From Planctomycetota bacterium (GTDB lineage Bacteria; Planctomycetota; UBA1135; UBA2386), in the NCBI GenBank assembly GCA_947501605.1, contig CANMWZ010000023.1, positions 1-64,000 on the forward strand: DNA of 64,000 bases, in the 5' to 3' direction. Positions 48,881 to 58,660 of this stretch are shown one piece after another. The position numbers and the translations under genes were made by a program. Position 1 is the first letter of the stretch; the number at the start of each line of letters is the position of its first letter. The notes beneath the pieces are model-generated. The model did no database searches and was not told where the DNA came from. It worked only from the letters and a program-made list of their open reading frames with translations.

Positions 48881-49624
48881 ATGCGCACTTCGAATCCCAT
48901 CCTCAAAGCCTCCACGTTCGACCTCCGCGCCGAGTCTGGCACCGCGACCATGACGATCATGGGGACCGTCCACAAGACGGCCTTCCTGGTCTCGCTCGTG
49001 CTGTTCGCAGCCGTGTTCACCTGGAACGAGTGCATCGGGATCGGCGGCGTGCCGGCTCACCTCTATCCGTGGTTGATCGGCGCCGTGATCGGCGGCCTCG
49101 TGCTGTCGCTCGTCACGGCGTTCAAGCCGCACATCGCGTGCTACACCGCGGTGCCGTATGCAGTGCTCGAAGGCATCTTCCTCGGCGCGCTGTCGGCGCT
49201 GTTCGAGTCGATGTATCCCGGCATCGCGATGCAAGCGACGGGCATGACTGCGACGACGTTGCTCGCCCTGCTCTTCGCCTATCGCTCGGGACTGATCCGC
49301 GCGACCGAGAACTTCAAGCTCGGCATGGCCGCCGCGACCGGCGCCATCGCGCTGATCTATCTCGCCAGTTGGATCCTGTCGTTCTTCGGGATCCGGATGC
49401 CCTTGCTGCACGAGAACGGCATCGCCGGCATCGGTATCAGCATGTTCATCGTCATCGTTGCAGCCTTGAACCTCGTCCTCGACTTCGACTTCATCGAGCA
49501 GGGCGAGAAGAAGGGCGCGCCCAAGCACATGGAGTGGTACGCGTCGTTCGGGCTGCTGGTGACGCTGGTTTGGCTCTACGTCGAAACGCTCCGGTTGCTG
49601 GCGAAGCTCCACAGCCGCGACTGA
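48881..49624 (+). CDS. Bax inhibitor-1/YccA-like membrane protein
   Basis: MRTSNP, 7 TM, LDFDFIE and APK.MEWY.SFGLLVTLVWLY.E.LRLL. Confidence 0.88.
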   Translation: MRTSNPILKASTFDLRAESGTATMTIMGTVHKTAFLVSLVLFAAVFTWNECIGIGGVPAHLYPWLIGAVIGGLVLSLVTAFKPHIACYTAVPYAVLEGIFLGALSALFESMYPGIAMQATGMTATTLLALLFAYRSGLIRATENFKLGMAAATGAIALIYLASWILSFFGIRMPLLHENGIAGIGISMFIVIVAALNLVLDFDFIEQGEKKGAPKHMEWYASFGLLVTLVWLYVETLRLLAKLHSRD

Positions 49625-49764
49625 GGCACCCCAGGTGCCGGTCTTCTGGCCCACAGGAACGCACCTGGCGCAGTCTTTCGGGCCCGAGCGCACTGAGGAG
49701 CCCGGCCACCCGTATGCTCCCCCGCCCCAAAGCGGCCGCCCGTTCTCTGCAACAGCCTCATCCC

Positions 49765-50907
49765 ATGCCCGCATTCACTGACTTTGATCTGTTGCCTTCG
49801 CTGCAGACGACCCTCGCCGAACAAGAACTGACGACGCCGACCGAGATCCAGTCGCGGGCGATCCCCATTCTGCTGGCCGGTCGCTCTGTCGTCGGCGTGT
49901 CCGAAACTGGCAGCGGCAAGACTCTCGCCTACGCCCTGCCCTTGTTGCACGCACTCAAGACGCTCGAAGATCAGGGCCAAGCGGTGTCGCACAGCGGCAA
50001 GCCGCGCGCCGTCGTCCTGGTCCCCACCCGCGAACTCGGCGAGCAGGTCGCGCGTGTGTTCAAGAAGTTCACGCACTCGGTCCGACTGCGCGTGCGCACC
50101 GTGCTCGGCGGCACCAAACTCGAAGTCGCCAAGACCAATGTCAGCGGCCCGTTCGAAGTTCTGGTCGCGACCACAGGTCGCATGCTCAAGCTGCTCGAAC
50201 AGGGGACCATCAACCTGAGTGACGTGCGCACTCTCGTGTTCGACGAAGCCGACCGCATGCTCGACGCCGGCTTCCTCGCCGATGCCGAGCACATCGTCGA
50301 CGCCTGCCCGCCCGCACGACAGCTCGCGATGTTCTCGGCGACGGTGTCGGTCGCGGTGCAGGCCCTGATCAAGAACCGTTTCCAGACGGCCGAGGTCGTG
50401 CGTTCTTCGGGCAGCCATCGCACAGTCGCCACGCTGACGACGGTCAATCGCACGGTCGACGGCGGCAAGCGACTGCCGCTGCTGCAACAGGTGCTGAGCG
50501 AGAAGGTGAATGGCGGCACCCTGATGTTCGCCAACACTCGCGAGCAGTGTGACGCACTCGCGGCCGAGGTCGCGCAACTCGGCGTCGCGTGCACGATCTA
50601 CCGTGGCGAGATGGACAAGATCGAGCGCCGCAAGAACCTCGAGCTCTTCCGCGACGGCGAGGCCGCGATCCTCATCTCGACCGACCTCGCATCGCGCGGG
50701 CTCGACATCGAGCACGTCGCGCGCGTCGTCAACTACCACTTGCCAGTGGAGATCGAGAACTACATCCACCGCGTCGGGCGCACGGCGCGCGCTGGTCGGC
50801 CAGGGCTCGTCGTCAACTTCGTGACCGAGCGCGACGAACCGTTGATGCTGAAGGTCGAGAAGCTGAGGACCGCGCCACCGAGCGGCAAGGCGTCGTCGCG
50901 CGGGTAG
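49765..50907 (+). CDS. DEAD-box RNA helicase
   Basis: Q motif PTEIQ, ETGSGKT, PTREL, DEAD, SAT, RGLD and HRVGRTARAG. Confidence 0.93.
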   Translation: MPAFTDFDLLPSLQTTLAEQELTTPTEIQSRAIPILLAGRSVVGVSETGSGKTLAYALPLLHALKTLEDQGQAVSHSGKPRAVVLVPTRELGEQVARVFKKFTHSVRLRVRTVLGGTKLEVAKTNVSGPFEVLVATTGRMLKLLEQGTINLSDVRTLVFDEADRMLDAGFLADAEHIVDACPPARQLAMFSATVSVAVQALIKNRFQTAEVVRSSGSHRTVATLTTVNRTVDGGKRLPLLQQVLSEKVNGGTLMFANTREQCDALAAEVAQLGVACTIYRGEMDKIERRKNLELFRDGEAAILISTDLASRGLDIEHVARVVNYHLPVEIENYIHRVGRTARAGRPGLVVNFVTERDEPLMLKVEKLRTAPPSGKASSRG

Positions 50908-51042
50908 GCATGCGGGGCATGCGCTGCCACGAGCCGCATCGCTTAATCGCACTCGGCGCCAGCAACCTCGCCAGCACTGCGTTGGCCGTGCTTCACGACA
51001 GCGACCTTGTGGTGACGAGTCACCGCAAGCCTTCACCATCGC

Positions 51043-51822
51043 TCAGCGATAGAGCGAGATCGACTGCAGGAGCCGAGCCTCCCATTGCACCACCCGGATC
51101 GGAGCAGGCCCCGCCACGAAGCGCGGCATGATCTCGCGATCGCCAGGCTCTGGGGTCAGCATCGGATAGCCCCGCGACAGCAACCAACTGCACATGGCGA
51201 TCCATGCCATGGGCACGTTGAGGTCAGGAAAGGGAGCGATGCGCGCAAAGCGCCAGAGGATGCGGAAGCCTTGGCGCAGGGGATGGAGCCGGTCGAAGGA
51301 CGACGGCATGTCGAAATAGCGATTGCCGTAGTCGAACCGGTCGAGCGCCGCCGTCAATTCTGCGGGTCGCGGATGCTGCACATACAGCATCCCGTCCCAC
51401 GGTTGGTCGATACGGAGGGCGTTGTTGCGGAAGCGCGGGAGGCCGCGCGTCATGGTCTTGAACAGCTCCACCAGAAACCAGCCGTCCGGCGCCCGCCCTT
51501 GGCTCGCTCGGTCGCGCACCATTTGCAGCACGTCCACCAAGCCGAAGAGCAGTTGGCTCTCTTGGCTCGCAGGCATCAGGCGACGGCTCGAGCCCTCCAA
51601 CACCTCGACGGCATCGGCGTCTTGGACCGCGAAGCCCCGCAACCGCAGCAGCGCGGCAAGGAACATCGGGTCCTGCGACGACGGGCGGAAGAGCCGGTCG
51701 TGGTATAGATGTGCGCTTTGGAGCATCTCCTGCTCCGCGTCGCCTTCCAAGCCTGCGATGCGCTGCACCAGCGCGATATCGAGGCGGTCGAGCAACGACC
51801 CTGTCATTCCAGCATCACTCAT
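51043..51822 (-). CDS. Degenerate Fic/Doc-like domain protein
   Basis: HPL..F.I..F.RIAPFPDLNVPMA...LLSRGYP aligns by eye with the Fic core HPFxDGNGRxxR region. Confidence 0.6.
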   Translation of the reverse strand: MSDAGMTGSLLDRLDIALVQRIAGLEGDAEQEMLQSAHLYHDRLFRPSSQDPMFLAALLRLRGFAVQDADAVEVLEGSSRRLMPASQESQLLFGLVDVLQMVRDRASQGRAPDGWFLVELFKTMTRGLPRFRNNALRIDQPWDGMLYVQHPRPAELTAALDRFDYGNRYFDMPSSFDRLHPLRQGFRILWRFARIAPFPDLNVPMAWIAMCSWLLSRGYPMLTPEPGDREIMPRFVAGPAPIRVVQWEARLLQSISLYR

Positions 51823-51858
51823 GTTCGTCTCGTTCCGGGATCACAACCAACGTACCAC

Positions 51859-54591
51859 ATGAAGATCCAGCAACCCGCCGCCGGCAGTCGTTCGTGGTGG
51901 AAGCGACCGCTGCGACTGATGTTCGTCGTCATCACATTGTTGGTGGTGCTCGTCGCACTTCTTCCGTACGCATTGCTCGGCGTCGCCAAGAAGAAGCTCG
52001 GCGCACTGATGACTCGCGAGCTGGGCACGCCGTGCCGCATCGACGTGCTGCACTTTGGCTGGCTCTCGGGCTTCGAGATTGCGGACGTCGAGATTGGCAA
52101 CGCGCCGGGTTTCGACAACACGCATCCGCTGCTCCGACTCTCGAATGCGCATGCCGATGTTGCGCTGCTCCCGATGTTGAAGGGCCAGTTCGGCATCGAA
52201 GCCGAGGTGCGCGGTTTGCACTTGCGCATCGACGAGAACGACGACGGCATGACCAACGTCGAGCAGCTCGTGAGCAGGGCGATGGCCCAGATGGGCAGCA
52301 GCGTGACCACCGACGACGATGGCTCGCACAGTGAGGCGCAGGATGCTTCAGAAGTGCCACGCACGACGCGACGACGCACGACGACCTCGCGCACGACGAC
52401 CACGACGACCACCACCAGCAGCGCGTCCATGCTCTTCTTCAAGGGCCGACTGCACTTGGCACTCCTCGACAGCAGCATCGAGTTTCGCCGTGACGGCGAG
52501 GTCCTCGAATCGCTGCTGGGCGTAAACCTCGCCATCGACAAGGACCCGCTGAGCAACGAAGTTCGCATTCGCTGCGGTGCATTGCTGCCTGCAGCGCTCG
52601 ATGGCGGCCAGAGCGGCTCGATCTCGCTCGACGGCGGCTTCGACCCGGTTGCCGAGAGCGGCACCGTGCGCATGAAGGCCAAGAACTTCGATCTCGGTCG
52701 CTACCGCAGCCTGCTGGAGACCAAGCTCGAGGACGGGGCGATCACCGCGTTCGATGGCGTGATCGACGGCCACTTCGAAGCCCGCATCGGCGGCCACGAA
52801 GACGCCCTCCTCACTTCGAACGGGGACCTTGCGATCCGCCAGTTGCACCTCGCCGGTTCGCTGTTTCGCGACGTCGACCTGCGTATCGGCAGCCTCACCA
52901 TCCACCCTGGCTTGTCCACTTCGAGCCGCGCCACGACGGCCACGAGCCTCGACACCCTGTTGCCGGATTCGAGCTTCGATCTCGGCTTCGGCGCGACCGA
53001 TTTGTCGATCCAGCGAGGCGACGAGATCCTCGGATCGTTTGCCACCATCCAAGGCGCCGTCGCGAAGGGGCTCAGCTCGAACCGGCTCCGAGTCCAGCTC
53101 GAAGCGCAAGGCATGGTCGCCGCGGGCGACGCCCCATCCTTCTTGTGCACCGCGGAGCTCGACTCAGAGACCAAGCGAGGCCGTGGCGTCGTCAAGGCCA
53201 GTGCGTTCGACCTGTCGCGCTATCGGCAGCTGATCGGCGCCGCGCTGGACCAAGACGAGCTGTCCGTCATGCAAGGCGTAGTCGACGCGCTGCTCGAACT
53301 CGAGATGGACTTCGGGAGTGCGCGGCGGCTCGACATCAACGGCGAGGTTGCCGTCGCCGGCCCGCACTTTGCCGGCACGCTGCTGCAAGGCATGCACCTG
53401 CAAGCCGATCGATGGTCGCTGAAGCCGTCGCTCCGCGTGCTCGCGCCGGACCTCGACGGCAAGCCGCGCCTCGAACTCGGCAAGTCCAGCGCCGACTTCG
53501 GCTTCGCGCAGTTGACGAGCCTCGACGAGGCCGCGCGAAAAGAACGCGGCATCGATGCGGGTGCGGCCTGCACGTTCACTGCCGACCTCGCGGCACTGGC
53601 ACGGCTCGGCGGGGCGTTCGCGGATCTCGCCGGACTCAGCGGCACGACCACAGGACTCGTCGTGCTGCCAGCGGAGCTGATGAACGGCGACCTCGAAGGC
53701 GGCCTGGAGCAGTTGAAGCAACTGCACGGAATCCGCGCCGATGCAGTGCTGGCCGGCCTCAGTTACCAGGGCTCCGGCCTCGAGCTCGCGAATGCAACCG
53801 GGAACGCCTCCCTGCGCGACGGCGTCCTCGAGGTGCGCTCCGAGCCTTCGACCCTGCTCAACCGGGGTCCGCTACAAGTGCAACTGCGCGCCGACGCCAA
53901 CCAGCCCAGCATGCCGTTCGAGTTCGCGATGAGCTGGAAGGCTGGGCAAGTGCAAGGCGAGAGCTCCGCGGTGCTGCGCTACCTGGTGCCGCTGCTCGCC
54001 GGCGTGAGCGGCAAGAGCGCTGACTTTCAGAGCGGCATCGATCTGGTCCTTGCAGTGCGCGGTAACACGCTGCGGCAGGACGACGAGAACACCCTGCAAT
54101 GGCTCGATCGCTGGCAGGGCGATGGCGAGATCACGCTGACCAACGGTCGACTCGTTCCGGCCAAAGGCCTGAGTGACCTGATGGCATTGCTTGGACAACC
54201 ACAGCAACTCGCGATCGACCGCCTCGGCAGCACCTTCACCCTGCAGCAAGGCGCTATCACCCATCGCGCCATGCGCTGGCTCAGCAAGGGCGGCGAGTAC
54301 GGCCTGCAGGGCAAGGTGCACCTCGACGGTCGCCTCGAACTCGGCATGGACGTCACCTCACTGCTGCAGCAGCACAAGGACGGCGCGGCGATCGCGGGCT
54401 TCCTCGCGGGTAGCCCGCTTCAGGCTGGCATCGCTGGCACGCTCGACGCACCGACCTTTCAGGGTCCCGATCTCGGCCAGTTGTTGCAGCAGGCCCTGCA
54501 AGCAGCGCCGCGGAAACTGCTCGAGCAACAGGGTCAGGACCTGCTGAAGAAGAGCCTCGATCGCCTGTTTGGCGACAAGAAGAAGAAGTAG
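51859..54591 (+). CDS. AsmA-like envelope protein
   Basis: N-terminal TM anchor, beta-rich body, G.TNVEQL and C-terminal IAGTLDAP followed by amphipathic helices. Confidence 0.7.
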   Translation: MKIQQPAAGSRSWWKRPLRLMFVVITLLVVLVALLPYALLGVAKKKLGALMTRELGTPCRIDVLHFGWLSGFEIADVEIGNAPGFDNTHPLLRLSNAHADVALLPMLKGQFGIEAEVRGLHLRIDENDDGMTNVEQLVSRAMAQMGSSVTTDDDGSHSEAQDASEVPRTTRRRTTTSRTTTTTTTTSSASMLFFKGRLHLALLDSSIEFRRDGEVLESLLGVNLAIDKDPLSNEVRIRCGALLPAALDGGQSGSISLDGGFDPVAESGTVRMKAKNFDLGRYRSLLETKLEDGAITAFDGVIDGHFEARIGGHEDALLTSNGDLAIRQLHLAGSLFRDVDLRIGSLTIHPGLSTSSRATTATSLDTLLPDSSFDLGFGATDLSIQRGDEILGSFATIQGAVAKGLSSNRLRVQLEAQGMVAAGDAPSFLCTAELDSETKRGRGVVKASAFDLSRYRQLIGAALDQDELSVMQGVVDALLELEMDFGSARRLDINGEVAVAGPHFAGTLLQGMHLQADRWSLKPSLRVLAPDLDGKPRLELGKSSADFGFAQLTSLDEAARKERGIDAGAACTFTADLAALARLGGAFADLAGLSGTTTGLVVLPAELMNGDLEGGLEQLKQLHGIRADAVLAGLSYQGSGLELANATGNASLRDGVLEVRSEPSTLLNRGPLQVQLRADANQPSMPFEFAMSWKAGQVQGESSAVLRYLVPLLAGVSGKSADFQSGIDLVLAVRGNTLRQDDENTLQWLDRWQGDGEITLTNGRLVPAKGLSDLMALLGQPQQLAIDRLGSTFTLQQGAITHRAMRWLSKGGEYGLQGKVHLDGRLELGMDVTSLLQQHKDGAAIAGFLAGSPLQAGIAGTLDAPTFQGPDLGQLLQQALQAAPRKLLEQQGQDLLKKSLDRLFGDKKKK

Positions 54592-54646
54592 CCGTCGTTG
54601 CGCCACTGGCCTGCGGGCGAGGCCGGGCAGCGAAGCTCGCGGGCGC

Positions 54647-56305
54647 TCAGCGTTCGCGATAGCGGTGCGAGATCGGCATGCACCGCCCTTCCCAACAGCG
54701 ACCGCTGACGCGAATGGTCGGCGGGTACTGCGAGCGCTTGAACTCGGTAGCTTGGATCTTGGCGAAGAGGTCGGCGACACGCTCGCGCGCCATGCCAGTA
54801 CGCGCGGCGGCGTCGACGACGGAGAGTTCGCTTTCGACCAGCAGCTTGAGAACCGGGTCGAGTTCGTGGTAGGGCGGCAGGCTGTCGGTATCCAATTGAC
54901 CGGGCCGCAGCTCGGCGGATGGCGGCTTCTCGATCGAGCGGATGGGGATGCGCACGCCATCGCGATTGAGAAAGCGCGCGAGCTCCCAGACCTCGGTCTT
55001 CCACAGATCCGCGACCGGAGCGAGCGCGCCGCAGGTGTCGCCGTAGAGCGTGCAGTAGCCCACGGCACACTCGCTCTTGTTGCCAGTCGTCAGCAGCGCG
55101 TGACCGCGCTTGTTGGAGAACGCCATCAGCAATGCGCCGCGGGTTCGCGATTGCAGGTTCTCTTCCGCCAGACCTGGCTGTGTGCCGGCAAACACCGGCT
55201 GAAGCGCCTTCTCGAAGGTGTCCTGCAACGGCTCGATCGGCAAGACATGGAACTCGATGCCGAGGTTGTGGGCGAGCGCGCGGGCATCCTCGACACTGTG
55301 ATCGCTGCTGTAGCGCGACGGCATCGCAACGCCGACTACGTTGTCCCGGCCGAGAGCGTCGACCGCGAGCGCCGCGACGACGGCAGAGTCGATGCCGCCC
55401 GACAAGCCGATCACTGCACGTGGCAGGCCAAACTTGTGCGCGTGATCGCGAATGCCCTGGATGATCGCGCGGGCGTGCATCTCCGGCGCTGGCCGCGCGA
55501 CGAGCGCGTGCCGCCATTCACTGTGCTTGCCCGTGTCGACGACATGCAACGCCTCCTCCCACTGAACGGGCACGAACGCAAACCCGTTCTGCGACACCGC
55601 CAGCGAGCCACCGTCGAACTGCAGCGTGATGTTGCCGCCGACGAGATTCGCGTAGAGCATCGGGACCGCGTGGCGATGCGCCGCGAAAGCGACCATGCGC
55701 CCGCGGAACGCGTCCTTGCCGAGGTTCCACGGTGACGCGCTCAAGTTGACGACAAACTCGGCACCGGCGCGCACGACCTCCTGCACCGGGTCGATCGGGT
55801 ACTGGCGCTCCGTGAAGAACTCCTCATCGTTCCAGCCATCCTCGCAGATGACGACACCGATGCGGTGACCGCCGTGATCGACGATGTTGCGGGCGGGTTC
55901 GCGCCACGGTTCGAAGTAGCGGCCTTCATCGAAGACGTCGTAGGTCGGCAACAGGCTCTTGCGTGCAACGATGCGCACTTTGCCGCCAAACAGCCACGCC
56001 GCGGCATTGTGCAACGGCCGACCACCGGTGGCGCGGGCGGTTTCGTTGGTGGCGACGCAGCCAAGGAGCACGGGCAGGTCCGCAGGCACGTCCTTCGCCA
56101 ATTGCTGCAACGCTCGTTCGTGCGCGCGCAAGAACTCGGGTCGCACCAGCAAGTCTTCGGGCGGATAGCCACACGTCGCCAGTTCTGGGAAGACCGCGAG
56201 TTCGGCGCCCTGGGCCCGGGCGCTCTGCGCCATCGTGACGATGCGCGCGGCGTTTCCGGCGAGGTCGCCGACCGTGGTGTTGAGTTGGCAGAGAGCGACG
56301 CGCAT
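54647..56305 (-). CDS. nadE: Glutamine-dependent NAD+ synthetase
   Basis: Nitrilase domain (FPEL, K.LLP.Y.VFDE, ICED) plus SGGIDS, ENLQSR, TGNKSE and PSAEL.P.Q.D. Confidence 0.95.
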   Translation of the reverse strand: MRVALCQLNTTVGDLAGNAARIVTMAQSARAQGAELAVFPELATCGYPPEDLLVRPEFLRAHERALQQLAKDVPADLPVLLGCVATNETARATGGRPLHNAAAWLFGGKVRIVARKSLLPTYDVFDEGRYFEPWREPARNIVDHGGHRIGVVICEDGWNDEEFFTERQYPIDPVQEVVRAGAEFVVNLSASPWNLGKDAFRGRMVAFAAHRHAVPMLYANLVGGNITLQFDGGSLAVSQNGFAFVPVQWEEALHVVDTGKHSEWRHALVARPAPEMHARAIIQGIRDHAHKFGLPRAVIGLSGGIDSAVVAALAVDALGRDNVVGVAMPSRYSSDHSVEDARALAHNLGIEFHVLPIEPLQDTFEKALQPVFAGTQPGLAEENLQSRTRGALLMAFSNKRGHALLTTGNKSECAVGYCTLYGDTCGALAPVADLWKTEVWELARFLNRDGVRIPIRSIEKPPSAELRPGQLDTDSLPPYHELDPVLKLLVESELSVVDAAARTGMARERVADLFAKIQATEFKRSQYPPTIRVSGRCWEGRCMPISHRYRER

Positions 56306-56320
56306 TCGCGGGGGTTCCAG

Positions 56321-57241
56321 TCAGCGGACTTCGAGAGGCAAGCTGAACTCGATGGTCTCACGCGTTCCCTCGACCTCTTCGACCGAGGTGGCGCCGAGCT
56401 CACGCAGTCGATCCACCACAGCTGTCACGCTGCTCTCGGGCGTGCTCGCGCCCGACGTGATGCCGACGGCCAGCTTGCCTTGCAGCCAGGATGGGTCGAT
56501 CTCGGCGGCTGACAACACCAGATACGCGGGCACGCCAGAGTCGGCACCGATCTCACGGAGCCGATTGCTGTTGCTGCTCATCTTGTCACCGATGACCAAC
56601 CACACGTCGACCTTGCCGCGCAGTTGCTTGACGGCCATCTGACGGTTGGTCGTCGCGTAGCAGATGTCCTCCTTGCGCGGCGTATGCAGCTTGGGGAAGC
56701 GGCGCTTCAACACCGCCATCACGCGCATCGCTTCGTCGACGCTGAGCGTCGTCTGCGTCAGCACCGCGACCTTGTCTGGGTCCGGCACCTGCACATGCAG
56801 AGCCTCTTCTGGCGTCGCCACCACAATCGTGCGCTGCGGCGCCTCGCCGACGACTCCTTCGACCTCGACATGGTCCTCGTGACCGATGAGCAGGATCGTC
56901 ATCCCCTGGCGATCGAACCGCCGGGCCTCGACGTGGACCTTGGTGACCAGCGGGCAGGTAGCGTCGATCGAGTGCAAGCGATACCGCTGCGCCTGCGCGA
57001 AGACCTCGGGGGCGACACCGTGCGCCGAGAAGATCACGTGACTGCCCGTCGGCACAGCCGCCAGTTCGTCGACGAACACGGCGCCCTTGGCCGTCAGATC
57101 CTGCACCACGATCTTGTTGTGCACGATCTCGTGGCGGACGTAGACGGGCCGGCCGAATTTTTCTAGGGCGCGTTCGACCGTGTCGATCGCGCGCTCGACG
57201 CCGGCACAGAAACCACGAGGGCGGCACAGGAAGACCTTCAT
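56321..57241 (-). CDS. ispH: 4-hydroxy-3-methylbut-2-enyl diphosphate reductase
   Basis: PRGFCAGV, IVHN, SAHG, DATCPLV, QTT, ICYAT.NRQ, SSNS and TSGASTP. Confidence 0.96.
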   Translation of the reverse strand: MKVFLCRPRGFCAGVERAIDTVERALEKFGRPVYVRHEIVHNKIVVQDLTAKGAVFVDELAAVPTGSHVIFSAHGVAPEVFAQAQRYRLHSIDATCPLVTKVHVEARRFDRQGMTILLIGHEDHVEVEGVVGEAPQRTIVVATPEEALHVQVPDPDKVAVLTQTTLSVDEAMRVMAVLKRRFPKLHTPRKEDICYATTNRQMAVKQLRGKVDVWLVIGDKMSSNSNRLREIGADSGVPAYLVLSAAEIDPSWLQGKLAVGITSGASTPESSVTAVVDRLRELGATSVEEVEGTRETIEFSLPLEVR

Positions 57242-57329
57242 GCGGGGCGACAAGTCTCGGCCAACGAGGGACTCGCGGCAAGCTCCGCTCCACAACGTGA
57301 TGCGTGCCCTCGCGGTCGCCAGCCCTGGC

Positions 57330-58490
57330 TCAGTGCAGTTCGATCACGGCGCCCTGACCAAGCGACCGCTGCCCCGTGGTCGCAGTGGCGCTGCCGAGGC
57401 TGTAGATGCGGGCGACGCCGATCGGGCCGCAGACGGTCGATTGCTGGCCCTGACTGGTCACAAACTGCAGCGGATTAGCCGTCTGGGTGTAGCCGATCGC
57501 CTGCGCATAGAGCGACTCTCCTACCAACTCGCGGTTGGCCGAGATGCTGACGGTCACAGTCGCTTCACCGGCCGCGTTCGCCAGCGCGAACATCGTGTCG
57601 ATGGGCAACAGATCGATCCAACAGTCCGGCGCGCCATGGATGAGCCCGGGCGCGATCGCGGTGATCGCCGGGTTGGCCCGCAGCGGATTGGCGACGTCGA
57701 ACAACGGCACCGGCAGCGGCAGGGCGGCGACGCCGAACAACGACCCTGTGGTTTCGACACCGATCATCAAGAAGGTCGCCGCGCTGGGCGTCGCGTTCGA
57801 GATCGTCCAAGTGTAGGCGGCGCCGGCGACCAGCGAGTTGCCGCCGACGAGCTGCAGCGGCGCCGCACCCGCTGGAATGCACAGCGGCCCGTTGCTGCCG
57901 AACGCGACCGGAGGAATCGCGCAGGAGCCGACGTTGTCGATGCGGTAGGCGCCGACAGGCTGCGAGTGAACGCGCAGTTCGACCAGCAGATTCGTCGGTG
58001 CCGGTGTGTTGGGCCGCACCGGCGTCATGCCGTAGATCCACGGCGTCGGCAGCACGAAGTCGATGTTGGCCGGTCGCACGCCGGCAAGTGCTGGTTGGAA
58101 CGGCAGCATTATCGGCACGTTGTCGAGCACAAGGGTTGCGTCAGTGCCGTAGTTCTCCTCGAAGCTTGTCGTCGTCGCTTCGGCCTTGCGACTCGTCGTG
58201 CTCAACAGCAAGGACACGAAGACGAAGCCCTTCTGGGCAAAGGTCGTCACCGTGGGGTCGACGTTGTCGGCGCGCAGCGACAGCCGTGAGATGACGCGCG
58301 GCCCGGTCCACGGCAGCTCCTCGGAGTCGTAGACAAACTGGATGCGGACCGGCTGCGCCAGTCCAAAGGGGATGCTGGTGCCCGATCCACCCTCGAGTCC
58401 GTTCAACAACGACGGCACGGTGTCGTTTTGGGCCAGTGCCGCAAACGACAACAGGCACAGGCAGGCGAGAGCACGCAACTTCGATGACAT
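57330..58490 (-). CDS. Secreted beta-rich protein of unknown function
   Basis: GAGGA RBS, signal peptide ending ALA-Q, and a C-terminal region similar to 9876..10967. Confidence 0.75.
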   Translation of the reverse strand: MSSKLRALACLCLLSFAALAQNDTVPSLLNGLEGGSGTSIPFGLAQPVRIQFVYDSEELPWTGPRVISRLSLRADNVDPTVTTFAQKGFVFVSLLLSTTSRKAEATTTSFEENYGTDATLVLDNVPIMLPFQPALAGVRPANIDFVLPTPWIYGMTPVRPNTPAPTNLLVELRVHSQPVGAYRIDNVGSCAIPPVAFGSNGPLCIPAGAAPLQLVGGNSLVAGAAYTWTISNATPSAATFLMIGVETTGSLFGVAALPLPVPLFDVANPLRANPAITAIAPGLIHGAPDCWIDLLPIDTMFALANAAGEATVTVSISANRELVGESLYAQAIGYTQTANPLQFVTSQGQQSTVCGPIGVARIYSLGSATATTGQRSLGQGAVIELH

Positions 58491-58509
58491 GAGCAGTTCC
58501 TCGCGACTC

Positions 58510-58538
58510 CCATCGACGCGCGCGCGGCGCGCACTTGA
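58510..58538 (-). promoter_or_regulatory. sigma28-like promoter
   Basis: Minus strand reads TCAAG-N16-GTCGATGG. Confidence 0.4.
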
Positions 58539-58590
58539 CCATCCGTTCGAAAGCACTTGGGACCCGTGGTCCCGCCGCGGGACTGGTCGG

Positions 58591-58618
58591 TCAAGGGGAC
58601 CGTTGCACAGTCCGACAT
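58591..58618 (+). promoter_or_regulatory. sigma28-like promoter
   Basis: TCAAG-N15-TCCGACAT. Confidence 0.4.
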
Positions 58619-58660
58619 AGGTGCCTGGAGCATCGGACTACGGAAGACAAGGAGCGCACT

